A program made the translations under genes and the position numbers. From the NCBI GenBank assembly GCA_963666285.1, contig OY762711.1: 64,000 nt of DNA; one strand, 5' to 3'. This DNA comes from Sedimentisphaerales bacterium. Lineage in GTDB: Bacteria; Planctomycetota; Phycisphaerae; Sedimentisphaerales; SM23-30. Below the pieces are notes generated by a model, which was not told the origin of the DNA, did not search any database, and worked only from the letters and a program-made list of their open reading frames with translations. Positions 1-9,640 of the stretch are shown here, one piece after another. Position 1 is the stretch's first letter. Each line of letters begins with the position of its first letter.

Positions 1-1
1 T

Positions 2-2158
2 TCAGCAGTAAGCTGGGATGGAGCCGCGTTAAACCTGGAGAAAGAATGTCCCGGCTGGGATTTCGATGCTGTTTGTGATAAAGCCAAGTCAAGCTGGCAG
101 AAGCAGCTGTCTCATATCAGTATAGATGGAGGTTCTATTGCGGATGAGACAGTGTTTTATACCGCGTTTTATCGCTGTAACCTGACACCAAACCTGTTTA
201 TGGATGTTGACGGCAAATATCGCGGCACAGATAAGAAAATCCACCAGGCAGATAAATACGACAATTACTCGATATTTTCTCTTTGGGATACTTTCCGTGC
301 CGAAGCCCCGTTATTTACCATTGTTGATCCCAAACGTCACAATGATTTTGTAAACTCTATGCTGGGCAAATACCAGCAGAGTGGTTTGCTGCCGTACTGG
401 GAACTGCATTCCGGTGAAACATGGTGTATGATCGGTTATCATTCTATCCCGGTAATCGCAGATGCCTGGATGAAGGGTATTCGTGATTTTGATGTTAACC
501 TGGCTCTCAAGGCGATGGAGAATTCAGCCATGCAGGATCACCAGGGCCTTAAAGAATACAAGCAGCTGGGTTATTGTGCTTCAGATAAGCCGGGTGCCTG
601 CTGTTCGAGGACAGTTGAGTATGCTTATGATGACTGGTGTATCGGCCAGGTAGCAAAATCTATTGGTAAGATGGAAGATTATGAATACTATAATAAGCGT
701 TCCCAGTTCTATAAGAACCTGTTTGACCGTTCTATCGGTTTCAACCGCCCTAAGGACTCGAACGGTGTCTGGCAATCGGAATTCGATCCGGACCAGAATA
801 CATTCCAGGGTGCTCATGGCTATACAGAAGGTAATTCATGGCATTTCACGTTCTTTGCACCTCATGATGTTTACGGTTTAATAGAATTACTGGGTGGAGA
901 TAAGAAGTTTGTTAATAAGCTTGACGAGTTGTTTACCCGTCCGGGTGAAGAGCATGTAGATATTTCCGGTCTTATCGGTCAGTATGCCCATGGTAACGAA
1001 CCTTGTCATAATTATGCCTACCTGTTTACTTATGCCGGGCAGGGCTGGAAGACTCAGGAAAGGGTAGCAGAAATATGCTCTACTCTGTATACGAACAAGC
1101 CTGACGGTTTATGCGGAAATAATGACTGCGGCCAGATGTCGGCATGGTATGTATTTAGTGCTATGGGTTTTTACCCGGTATGTCCGGCCCAGCCAATGTA
1201 TGTTTTTGGTTCACCACGTTTTCCACAGGCGACAATCAATCTATCCAATGGAAAAAGCTTTAATGTAATGGCTAAAAATGTATCAAAGAAGAATATTTAT
1301 ATTCAATCTGTAACCCTGAATGGTAAGCCTTATGCCAAATCATATATCAACCATTCTGATATTCTGGATGGCGGTGAACTGGTATTTAAGATGGGTTCCA
1401 AGCCAAATATGCGATGGGCCGCAGCAGAGCAGGATCGTCCTCTGGATGTTTCCGGCAAAGCTCTGGCAATGATGCCTTATGCGAAGACTGATACTCTCAT
1501 TTTTTCAGATAGTTTCAGCTTTGAGATAGGTTGTTTCGATAGTGATAAAGTTTATTATACTACTGACGGTTCAGAGCCGACAGAATCTTCCAGCTTGTAT
1601 ACTAAGCCACTGAAGTTGACAGATACTACTACTATTAAAGCAAAGGCATTCAAGAAGGACTGTCTGCCTAGTATGACAATGGTAACTACAGTAACCAAGC
1701 TGGTGCCAAAGGCAGCCAAAGATATTACAGATGTGGTAAATGGTCTGAACTATTCAGCTTATCAGGGCAGATTTAGAGGTGTTGGCCGCATCGAATCAGC
1801 AACTCCGGTTAAAAGTGGTGATTGCAATAATATTGGTGTTGATGTGACTGATATGAAGGATAATTTTGCTCTAAAATTCACCGGATATTATAAAGCCCCG
1901 GAAGACGGATTGTATGAATTTACTACGACTTCTGACGATGGCAGTTGTCTTTATATAGATTCAGAGATGGTTGTCGATAATGATGGTGATCATGGGTCAC
2001 AGTTGAAACTCGGTCAGGTTGTACTTAAAGCCGGTATGCATGAAATCAAGGTTTTATATTACGAGGGCAGTGTTGATGAGAAGTTGGAAGTGACAGTGAA
2101 AACTCCATCCGGCAAACAGCAGCCAATTCCTAGTAAATCGCTATTTAGGAAAAAGTAA
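2..2158 (+). CDS. GH92 alpha-1,2-mannosidase with C-terminal FN3-associated (chitobiase/beta-hexosaminidase C-like) and PA14 domains; 5' end lies before the window
   Basis: Frame is open from base 2. GH92 motifs FSLWDTFRA, YTEGN, GQYAHGNEP, GNNDCGQMSAW; YYTTDGSEPT (FN3-associated); TTSDDGS...DNDGDH (PA14). Confidence 0.9.
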   Translation, partial: SAVSWDGAALNLEKECPGWDFDAVCDKAKSSWQKQLSHISIDGGSIADETVFYTAFYRCNLTPNLFMDVDGKYRGTDKKIHQADKYDNYSIFSLWDTFRAEAPLFTIVDPKRHNDFVNSMLGKYQQSGLLPYWELHSGETWCMIGYHSIPVIADAWMKGIRDFDVNLALKAMENSAMQDHQGLKEYKQLGYCASDKPGACCSRTVEYAYDDWCIGQVAKSIGKMEDYEYYNKRSQFYKNLFDRSIGFNRPKDSNGVWQSEFDPDQNTFQGAHGYTEGNSWHFTFFAPHDVYGLIELLGGDKKFVNKLDELFTRPGEEHVDISGLIGQYAHGNEPCHNYAYLFTYAGQGWKTQERVAEICSTLYTNKPDGLCGNNDCGQMSAWYVFSAMGFYPVCPAQPMYVFGSPRFPQATINLSNGKSFNVMAKNVSKKNIYIQSVTLNGKPYAKSYINHSDILDGGELVFKMGSKPNMRWAAAEQDRPLDVSGKALAMMPYAKTDTLIFSDSFSFEIGCFDSDKVYYTTDGSEPTESSSLYTKPLKLTDTTTIKAKAFKKDCLPSMTMVTTVTKLVPKAAKDITDVVNGLNYSAYQGRFRGVGRIESATPVKSGDCNNIGVDVTDMKDNFALKFTGYYKAPEDGLYEFTTTSDDGSCLYIDSEMVVDNDGDHGSQLKLGQVVLKAGMHEIKVLYYEGSVDEKLEVTVKTPSGKQQPIPSKSLFRKK

Positions 2159-2189
2159 TTGTTTGTCTTTTTAGCACAAATTAAACATT

Positions 2190-2228
2190 AAAAAAAAGAC
2201 CTGCCCAGAGATGAGCAGGTCTTTTTTT
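2190..2228. terminator. Bidirectional intrinsic terminator between convergent genes
   Basis: A-tract, AGACCTGC...GCAGGTCT hairpin, T-tract. Confidence 0.85.
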
Positions 2229-2257
2229 GTTATATTTTATTTTGTTGCAAGTGTTTA

Positions 2258-4720
2258 TTAGTTTTGGTTAGTAAAGACATTATATGCATTGTCTTTAATT
2301 TCTTTACCGGTCAGAGTGTAAGTTTTGGTTGTGTCAAAACCGTTGTGTCTTCCAGAGAGTAAAACAATGTCATTTGTGTTATCTTTTAGTATGTAAATAA
2401 ACGGATATTCCTGGGAAAGTGTAACATCGAATAGATATTCTGTATCATCATCCAAGTCATCATTTACTTCTTCTAAAGATTCCTGGGAAGGAATGTTTTC
2501 ATAATATGAATACAAGCCATAGTATTCCTTATAAAATTTATGTTCGACTGTTGCGGTAGTAGAATAATAAGAAGATATATTCAGATCACCTGAGATGCCG
2601 GTGTTTTTGATATTGAAAGAAACTGAAAATGTTGTGTTACTTTCGCTGTCGCCGTATTCTACACTGGAATTATCGATACCCTGCAGGTCAACTCCGACTA
2701 TGAGTTTTTTCAAATCATCATCGGAGTAACCGCTGTTGATTGCCAGTGCAGGGATGTCAAATGCAACTTGTTCGGGTTGAGCCTGATCGAGCCAGTCAGG
2801 CAGCTGTGTAATGTTTTCAGCAATTGTGTCAAGGGTCGAACTGTTTTGCGGGAAGATAAGCAGCAGGCTGTGGCTGCCTTCATTAAGCGGGATTTCACAC
2901 AGGATTTTATCGTTATCTTCCAGGTAATTATACTGACCATTGAAAGACAGTTTTTCAATAGAATCCAAGAGAAACTCAGTGTCTGCTTCTATCAGGTTGG
3001 CAGCAGAGCTCAGATAGTAGCTGCTTACCTCGTTAAATATTTCATCTTGAGGAGTTATTTCCTTTACGCTAAGTTCTACTTCTTCTGTCAGGTTTTCAAC
3101 CGTTTGATCCCAGGTTAGTTCTGAGATTGCCAGACTGCTTTTGGCTCGTGTACTGACATAGTAAGTATCTTGTTCATCGCCGTAGGTTACGTCACCGCTG
3201 AATGTCTGGTAGGCGTAAAACGAAACAAGTTCTCCGAGTTTTTCATCAATACTGTCCCAAAGGTTGTCTAGCTTGTCATTCTGGCCGATAATTGAGTTCA
3301 TAGCGTCAGTAAGCAGACTTGAAAAGACAAATTCAGAACCAGCTTCTTCGTTAGCCTTAGCCAATGTGCTGATACTGCTATCGTCGAGCATGATTTCTGT
3401 CAAAGGGGTAGTGTCTTCTATGGATATTTCTGTTTTCAGGAAAGGATTTTCTTTTTCCTGCAATGAGGCAGATTGCTCATAATCTTCCATGTTTAAGGTA
3501 AATGAAAGTAAATCGTCGCTGTTGACAGCGAAAATTGTCTCTGAGTTGTTGTCACCTAAAAAAAGATCTGCTGTAATTTTAAACCGGCATTTGTCAAAGT
3601 CAATTTCCGCTTCTGAAATGATCAACTCAAAGGGTTTATTACCAACCAGGTTAAGAGAAGTCAGATTGTATGCCAGGTTGGTGTTATAAGTGTATTTTGA
3701 GGTATTGCCTTTTTGAACAAAGTTATTCATCCAGACAGTGTCAGATAGCGACCCCAGGGAAATTCCGATTGAATTAGTATCATTCACACCAGAAATATTT
3801 TTAGAAGTAAATGTGCCTGAGATTACAGCACGTTTAACTGCGGTTTTGTATGGAGATTTGCGGTATTTTACAGACTTGAGATCCAGGTAGTCGGCATTGC
3901 CTTTGAGTAGGCTTAGAGGTACATCGCCGGTTATTCCGGCGGTACTTGCGATTGCCTGGTCGCTGAAATAAATTTCCGTTTTATAATCGTCATCAGTTTT
4001 GTTGTCAAGGTGCAGTCCTTTGGCCTTGATCTGGAAGGTGCCGTCGATGAAGTTGAACCGGGCTTCACAGTTGTTATCTTTAGCGATCATCTTAGAAGAT
4101 GATGACTTGACCTGAATTATTCTGCCTGTATCGTCATCAATAGATTTAGCTGTTCGGTAGTCATTTAGCGGCATTACCCATTCGTATCCACAGAAGTAGA
4201 TTGAAACATATTCAGAGTGTAAGAGTTTGCTGCATTCCAGATCGAATTTGCCTTTAATCAGTACCGAATCATTGTTTTGCTTACTTGAGTCTTTTACTTT
4301 GTAATAAATGTTGTTTATTGTCTTTTCCTGAATTGAAGAAGACGGCATTGGCAGACCGTTGCCTGTTTGAAATTCTCCGTTTGATACTGTTTCATATTCT
4401 TCAATGAGTTTAACAGTTTTGCCTTTAATCCAGAATGTACTGACATAAATCAGGCTGTTGTCGCTATTGGTATTGCTGGAATAGACGGTATAGAAAGGAG
4501 GCTTAACATAAATAACAGAGCCGTAAAAAAGATTTTCATATTTTTGATGCAGGGCAGCAATATCATTGTCGATAGTTTCCTGAAGCTTATCATCAATTGT
4601 CCCTTCGGGAAGATTTGTGGTTACGTACTGTTGAAATCCGGGAGTTGAGTTTTCCTCAGCCCAAACGGCAAAGTTAAGTATCAATAATATAGCAGTTAGA
4701 GATAAAAAGATATTTCTCAT
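2258..4720 (-). CDS. Secreted protein with a C-terminal divergent serpin-like domain (probable start ATG 4720)
   Basis: Signal peptide MRNIFLSLTAILLILNFAVWA. Serpin-like segments EIPLNEGSHSLLLIFP, VAFDIPALAI and terminal YPFIYILKDNTNDIVLLSGR. Confidence 0.6.
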   Translation of the reverse strand: MRNIFLSLTAILLILNFAVWAEENSTPGFQQYVTTNLPEGTIDDKLQETIDNDIAALHQKYENLFYGSVIYVKPPFYTVYSSNTNSDNSLIYVSTFWIKGKTVKLIEEYETVSNGEFQTGNGLPMPSSSIQEKTINNIYYKVKDSSKQNNDSVLIKGKFDLECSKLLHSEYVSIYFCGYEWVMPLNDYRTAKSIDDDTGRIIQVKSSSSKMIAKDNNCEARFNFIDGTFQIKAKGLHLDNKTDDDYKTEIYFSDQAIASTAGITGDVPLSLLKGNADYLDLKSVKYRKSPYKTAVKRAVISGTFTSKNISGVNDTNSIGISLGSLSDTVWMNNFVQKGNTSKYTYNTNLAYNLTSLNLVGNKPFELIISEAEIDFDKCRFKITADLFLGDNNSETIFAVNSDDLLSFTLNMEDYEQSASLQEKENPFLKTEISIEDTTPLTEIMLDDSSISTLAKANEEAGSEFVFSSLLTDAMNSIIGQNDKLDNLWDSIDEKLGELVSFYAYQTFSGDVTYGDEQDTYYVSTRAKSSLAISELTWDQTVENLTEEVELSVKEITPQDEIFNEVSSYYLSSAANLIEADTEFLLDSIEKLSFNGQYNYLEDNDKILCEIPLNEGSHSLLLIFPQNSSTLDTIAENITQLPDWLDQAQPEQVAFDIPALAINSGYSDDDLKKLIVGVDLQGIDNSSVEYGDSESNTTFSVSFNIKNTGISGDLNISSYYSTTATVEHKFYKEYYGLYSYYENIPSQESLEEVNDDLDDDTEYLFDVTLSQEYPFIYILKDNTNDIVLLSGRHNGFDTTKTYTLTGKEIKDNAYNVFTNQN

Positions 4721-4862
4721 GATAATGTCCGTCCTTTTCCAAGCTAAATCCTTGTTTTCCATAGTTTTTCCAGCACTTAACTGTAGCAGTATGGTGAAAA
4801 ATTATCAAGCAAATAACCTTTAATTAGAAAAATGAAGAATATTGAGAATATGAAATATATAC

Positions 4863-4895
4863 AAAAAAACCTGTCCATTTCTGAACAGGTTTTTG
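4863..4895 (-). terminator. Intrinsic terminator, probably the original host tRNA-Leu terminator
   Basis: AAAAACCTGT...ACAGGTTTTT hairpin immediately 3' (minus strand) of the displaced tRNA end. Confidence 0.75.
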
Positions 4896-4897
4896 TT

Positions 4898-4956
4898 TTA
4901 ATACGGGCGAAAGGAGTCGAACCTTCACATCTCTCGATACCAGAACCTAAATCTGG
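4898..4956 (-). repeat. Left att site: displaced 3' portion of tRNA-Leu
   Basis: 57/59 identical to 45391-45449; lacks the tRNA 5' half. Confidence 0.95.
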
Positions 4957-5012
4957 ACATTACGTATCATATCTAATTAAAAACAAATGAGTTATATAAT
5001 ACACATTTCTAG

Positions 5013-5033
5013 TATGACGACAAATATGACGAC
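5013..5033 (+). repeat. Tandem TATGACGAC repeat, candidate integrase arm-type sites
   Basis: Two copies (5013, 5025); resemble TATGCCGAA repeats near the right att. Confidence 0.5.
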
Positions 5034-5040
5034 TTTTTTC

Positions 5041-5069
5041 TTGACCTTTCGCCTATTACTTATTAACAT
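5041..5069 (+). promoter_or_regulatory. Candidate sigma70 promoter for the integrase
   Basis: TTGACC-17 bp-TAACAT. Confidence 0.4.
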
Positions 5070-5130
5070 TTTCTATATGCCGTTAGTTAAGCTAATTTCA
5101 GACAAAACAAGAAAGTGGAAATAATCAAAT

Positions 5131-6303
5131 ATGGCTACAGTATATCAACAAAACAATTCACCGTATTGGTCGTACCGATTTTCTTTCAATGGTAAAGAAT
5201 ATCGCAAAACTACAAAAACTACAAAACGCGCAGAAGCAGTAAGGATCATGAAAGACCTTATTGCCGAACTAAAAGGCTCCAGCAAACCAGACGAACTATT
5301 TCAGCGGCTGGTTGACCTACTTTTGGAATTAGACAAAAACGAGCGAAACAGGCTTAAAAACGACTATATAAGCAAACTAAGGTCACTTTCCGCTGCCCAA
5401 ATCACTCTTGAACAAGCTTGGAAAATGTACATAGAATTACCAAAAAAACACTCCCAATCAAAAAGAACTATTCAAGATTATGAATCTATGTGGAATAAGC
5501 TTAAAATATGGGCAAAAGACAACAGTATAAAATACCTACACGACATAGACGACCAGACCGCTATTAAATTCACGACAAAGCTACACAAGGACAAATTAAG
5601 CCCTCGCAGGTACAATCTATACCTAACTTTTTTTACGCACTTATACAAGCTTCTAGCCGTTCCTGTTGGCCTAACAGAAAACCCCTGGCAGTCAATAGAC
5701 CGAATGGAACTAAATACAATTAGCAAAAAACCACTTTCACAAGACCAACTGCAAAAACTATTTAATACCGCTAAAGGTGAATTTTTGATTCTGTTTTACT
5801 TGGGGTGCTATACCGCATTACGACTTGGCGATTGCTGCCAGTTAAAATGGTCACTTATAGATTTTAGCGATGATTGCCTAACTATAATGCCAAGTAAAAC
5901 AAAAAAGAAAGGCAAAGAAATTATTATCCCCCTCAACCAACACCTGCTTAAAATATTAACTGACTTAAAAGATAATAATAACAAATCTGACTACATATTA
6001 CCCAATCTTGCTGAAAAATATCAAACTGGCAGACAAAATGTAGTTAGGTCAATTCAAAAAATATTTAGAGATGCCGGAATTGAAACACAAGTTAAAAGAG
6101 AAGAAACTGGACGTTCTCAAGCAGTTTTTGGCTTCCATAGCTTCCGTCACAGCTTTGTAACCCTTTTGTCAAACGAAAACATCCCCAGACACGTTGTGAT
6201 GGATATGGTCGGCCACAGCACAACAGTAGTCCACCAGGTATATCAGCACGTTGAAACAAGCCAGAAAAAGCAAGCTATTAAGAAACTACCTAAAATCGTA
6301 TAA
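5131..6303 (+). CDS. int: Tyrosine recombinase / phage integrase
   Basis: N-terminal arm-binding-like domain; TALRLGD (R), HSFRH (HxxR), VGH and VYQH (catalytic Y); adjacent to att. Confidence 0.95.
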   Translation: MATVYQQNNSPYWSYRFSFNGKEYRKTTKTTKRAEAVRIMKDLIAELKGSSKPDELFQRLVDLLLELDKNERNRLKNDYISKLRSLSAAQITLEQAWKMYIELPKKHSQSKRTIQDYESMWNKLKIWAKDNSIKYLHDIDDQTAIKFTTKLHKDKLSPRRYNLYLTFFTHLYKLLAVPVGLTENPWQSIDRMELNTISKKPLSQDQLQKLFNTAKGEFLILFYLGCYTALRLGDCCQLKWSLIDFSDDCLTIMPSKTKKKGKEIIIPLNQHLLKILTDLKDNNNKSDYILPNLAEKYQTGRQNVVRSIQKIFRDAGIETQVKREETGRSQAVFGFHSFRHSFVTLLSNENIPRHVVMDMVGHSTTVVHQVYQHVETSQKKQAIKKLPKIV

Positions 6304-6406
6304 CCCGTTCACATAAAGACCACCATTTCAATTTAATACAAATCTAACATCTATACATAAAATATCCTTATTAAAATAGGTAAGTTTTTGTATAGAAAGG
6401 TATTAA

Positions 6407-6598
6407 ATGCAGAAAAGACAGGTTAAACAAATGTATTGCCCTGAATGTCAGACAAATAAGAAATTTGAAAGACATGTTACCATTCTCGGTTCAGGTGATT
6501 TTCTATTTATCTTCCTTACTGGCGGATTATGGTGGGTTTTAAGATTGATTTTACGACCTAGTTACAGGTGTTTTGAATGTGGCAGTAAGCCCAAATAA
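6407..6598 (+). CDS. Small membrane-associated zinc-ribbon protein (LITAF-like architecture)
   Basis: CPEC...hydrophobic FLFIFLTGGLWW...CFEC; RBS AAGG. Confidence 0.65.
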   Translation: MQKRQVKQMYCPECQTNKKFERHVTILGSGDFLFIFLTGGLWWVLRLILRPSYRCFECGSKPK

Positions 6599-6647
6599 CA
6601 GCACTTTATATAATAAGCACAATAACAACTTTTTCAGGAGTAAACAA

Positions 6648-6809
6648 ATGACTCAAAGTAAAGAAGAAATGATGAAAAACCTAAACCAAGAAATCCAAAG
6701 ACTTAAATCCATATTCAATGAACTAAGTAAAAATGGATATGACACTAGCGAAGTAGAATTAACCATGCTAGAGCTTAGAAGAAAAATCAATGAATTATTT
6801 GATAAGTAA
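6648..6809 (+). CDS. Small coiled-coil hypothetical protein (start ATG 6648)
   Basis: AGGAG RBS before ATG; heptad-like sequence. Confidence 0.55.
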   Translation: MTQSKEEMMKNLNQEIQRLKSIFNELSKNGYDTSEVELTMLELRRKINELFDK

Positions 6810-6856
6810 GCCGACACTATAGTATAACCCTATCAACTATCTATCTCAAAACATCA

Positions 6857-7066
6857 TTATAGCCGGGCCAAATACTGCACCCCCGCAAGTATCAGCCCGG
6901 CTATAATAACCGCAAGCATACCGGCGATCCAGCCGCCTATCCGCTTCAACCACATCAAATCATTTTTAATTTGGGTAACATCCTGTTTCAGACCTGGCCG
7001 ACCGTTGCCGTACAGGTCATGTTCAATATTTGTTACCCTTTTTTCTTGTACACAGTTATCACACAT
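6857..7066 (-). CDS. Small coiled-coil protein with a C-terminal TM helix, holin/XhlA-like candidate
   Basis: LYGNGRPGL motif, coiled coil, then one TM helix; last gene of the late operon. Confidence 0.5.
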   Translation of the reverse strand: MCDNCVQEKRVTNIEHDLYGNGRPGLKQDVTQIKNDLMWLKRIGGWIAGMLAVIIAGLILAGVQYLARL

Positions 7067-7076
7067 ACAGCACCTT

Positions 7077-8195
7077 TTAGAATTTATTAAGCGGGCAAGC
7101 GTTATCCTGCTTGATCCAGTTATCCAAATTTGTTGTCCTGGTTAAATACAGGCACATATCACCACTCTCTACATAATACTTACACTCAGTACACATTTTC
7201 TTTTTACGGCAAAAGCTGCTATCTTCAGATTGCAATTCTGCTTTATTTTCCAATGGACAGGCGTTACCATTTTTCAGCCATTCAATCAAGTTCTTTTGCC
7301 TGGTTAACCATAAACAATATGGTGAACAGCCATTACATTTATTCCTGTAATACTCACAAGAATAGCATTTCTGCAAAGCTTTGATACTGTCTCTATACTC
7401 AGCCTGCAAATCCAATATATGACTTACAACTTCCTCGCCATAGACTTTTTTAATACGTTCAATTTCATCAATGATAAACCTGGTATCAGCATTGTATTCA
7501 TACAAAAATTCAACCATAGCAATAAAGCCATCAGCATAGTATGTATTATTTGATGAAACGATATTAAACTCATCACTATTAACAATTGATGGTTCAAATA
7601 ACTCACTTGTATAAACTTCCCTCTTGTCAGGATTCATCATCATAAAAAAGCTTTTATGTTTATCAAAACAAAAGAAGCAGTCAACCGTAATATTGTTTAC
7701 GGTTTTAGGTATCTTTGACATTATCTCGTCATACTTCTGACCAAACAATTTTTCATTCTTAACCTCAAGTAAAATATCCATATCTTTCAATGGTGCATCA
7801 ACAATCATTAAGGAGCCTGTTATAAGTATTCCGCTTAAACAATCATTAAACTCATCTAAAATTGGCTGAAAACTTTCTTTTATCAGTTCCCACATTTTCG
7901 GCACTGCAATTTCAAATGTACCAAAATATTTCTTGAGTATCTTTTCAATAAACAGCGAATTAAGAAACGGCATCGATTTACCAAACATCTTTTTAAATAC
8001 GACTTTTGGTTCATTACCGTCACATTCTTTATTGCATGGGCCGCCTTTAGCAGCACATAAGAACTTACAAAACACTTCATTTACCCAACAGGCTCTACCT
8101 GTCCGCTTAGAGCCATATAAACAAATATCACCTACCCTATGGAAACATTCTGGATATTCATGTACAAGATTCTTTTTTTCTAATACTACAACCAT
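7077..8195 (-). CDS. Cys-rich protein with a central Pol-beta-like nucleotidyltransferase motif and a duplicated C-terminal Cys module
   Basis: ILITGSLMIVDAPLKDMDILL fits hGS-x(n)-DhD; two CxxCxYY...LTRxxNLxxWxKxxNACPL modules; coupled to the upstream stop. Confidence 0.55.
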   Translation of the reverse strand: MVVVLEKKNLVHEYPECFHRVGDICLYGSKRTGRACWVNEVFCKFLCAAKGGPCNKECDGNEPKVVFKKMFGKSMPFLNSLFIEKILKKYFGTFEIAVPKMWELIKESFQPILDEFNDCLSGILITGSLMIVDAPLKDMDILLEVKNEKLFGQKYDEIMSKIPKTVNNITVDCFFCFDKHKSFFMMMNPDKREVYTSELFEPSIVNSDEFNIVSSNNTYYADGFIAMVEFLYEYNADTRFIIDEIERIKKVYGEEVVSHILDLQAEYRDSIKALQKCYSCEYYRNKCNGCSPYCLWLTRQKNLIEWLKNGNACPLENKAELQSEDSSFCRKKKMCTECKYYVESGDMCLYLTRTTNLDNWIKQDNACPLNKF

Positions 8196-9640
8196 TATAA
8201 ATACTCGATACTATCAATTACGGCATCCGCAAAATATGCGTTACAACAACTTGCACAATATGTTCCTCCACCAACAGACACCGTAACTTTTTTGTTGCCT
8301 GGACATAAAATTGTGTAAGTACCTGGGCCACCTATACCGCCACACAGCGAAGCTAAATCAGAATCACAACTACCACCAGAGTATTGACCAGTTCCACCTC
8401 CCCAACCAACAGTAACATCTTTGCCACTTAATAAAGCACATAAACAGCAATCGCCACCGACTTCTATCGGAAGGTCACTTGAAGATGATTCGCTGGAGCT
8501 GCCTTCTGAGCTGCTTGATGAATTGTCAGAACTTGAACTTGAGCTATCGCCGGAACTGGAGCTTGACTTTTTACTGGAACTGCCGCTCGAACTGGCCGAA
8601 CTGTCAGAGCTTGAACCGGAACTGCCGGACGAATCACCAGAGCTTGACGAAGATTCATCATCAGAACTGCCAGAACTATGGTCAGAACTGAAACTTGAAA
8701 AAGGCGGCGGCGTACTGAAATCATGGCTGCTTGAGCTTTTACGTGATTCTGATGTATGGTCAGAACTGCCACTGCTTTTATCTGAACTGCCAGAGGTAAA
8801 ATCAGAACTGCCCGAACTTTCGCTTGAACTGCCGGAAGTGTGGTCAGAACTACCGGAACTACTATATGAACTGCCAGAAGTATTATCCGAGCTTCCAGAA
8901 CTTTTATCAGAGCTGCCCGATGTAAAATCTGAACTGCCTGTGCTTTTGTCGGAACTGCCGGAAGTATGGTCGGAGCTGCCCGAACTACCGTCTGAACTGC
9001 CGGAACTGCCCTTTGAACTTGAACTATGCCATGAGCTACATGAGCTATGAGAACTCTTTTGTGATGTACCGGAACTGCCGGAACTATCATAAGAGCTAAA
9101 ACTTGACAATGACGAACTGCTGCTTATAGATTTTGATTCACTGGAAAAGCTATAAGACGAACTTGCCGTTGTATCGTATGAACTGCCACTTGTCGATTCT
9201 GAGCTATCACTTGAATGCTTCGAGCTGCTTTCAGTTTCAGAGCTGAAGTATGAACTTAACGAACTGGCATCACCTACATAGATACCGGTACAATACCATT
9301 CATCTTGTTTTTTATTCCTGATAGCAGTAAAGTAGTTGTTCTTTAATACATTTGGGTATTCAGCTATCTGACACTTTATCAGTATATCATAATATGGATT
9401 AGTTTCCGGCACTTCTTCATTAACACGATTAAATAATGTACCCCTGAAATAGCCCTCATCGTCTATATCTGAACTTGTAATAATACCAAAGACCATTTCA
9501 TCTTTAAGCACTTTACCATTAAGAACACTTGTTTTCCGACTGGACAGCGTGTTAACTGTGTCGATAACCTGGTTCAAACGCTTAACGGTTGAATGCGGGC
9601 CTTGTGTAAATTTTTCGATTTTAAATGAATTTCTGCTCAT
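8195..9640 (-). CDS. Serine-rich, mucin-like putative tail-tip/fibre protein with a Cys-rich C-terminal domain
   Basis: ~260-aa Ser-dominated tract; position after tape measure and tail gene; start overlaps the upstream stop. Confidence 0.75.
   Translation of the reverse strand: MSRNSFKIEKFTQGPHSTVKRLNQVIDTVNTLSSRKTSVLNGKVLKDEMVFGIITSSDIDDEGYFRGTLFNRVNEEVPETNPYYDILIKCQIAEYPNVLKNNYFTAIRNKKQDEWYCTGIYVGDASSLSSYFSSETESSSKHSSDSSESTSGSSYDTTASSSYSFSSESKSISSSSSLSSFSSYDSSGSSGTSQKSSHSSCSSWHSSSSKGSSGSSDGSSGSSDHTSGSSDKSTGSSDFTSGSSDKSSGSSDNTSGSSYSSSGSSDHTSGSSSESSGSSDFTSGSSDKSSGSSDHTSESRKSSSSHDFSTPPPFSSFSSDHSSGSSDDESSSSSGDSSGSSGSSSDSSASSSGSSSKKSSSSSGDSSSSSSDNSSSSSEGSSSESSSSDLPIEVGGDCCLCALLSGKDVTVGWGGGTGQYSGGSCDSDLASLCGGIGGPGTYTILCPGNKKVTVSVGGGTYCASCCNAYFADAVIDSIEYL
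8759..9010 (-). repeat. 12 x 21-bp coding tandem repeat (xxSGSSD heptads)
   Basis: GSSGSSD x2, HTSGSSD, KSTGSSD, FTSGSSD, KSSGSSD, NTSGSSY, SSSGSSD, HTSGSSS, ESSGSSD, FTSGSSD, KSSGSSD. Confidence 0.9.

Noticed and set aside
4898..4956. Second tRNA-Leu gene
   Set aside because: Lacks the 5' acceptor strand and D-arm; it is the att remnant.
8759..9010. Regular repeats as a possible CRISPR array or DGR template/variable repeat
   Set aside because: Contiguous degenerate 21-bp coding units with no spacers; no cas or reverse transcriptase gene is recognisable in the window.
8421..9050. 209-aa plus-strand (S/P)EL-repeat ORF, and the alternative-frame ORF 8464..9090
   Set aside because: Antisense and off-frame shadows of the Ser repeat; the Ser-rich frame is the one coupled to its neighbours.
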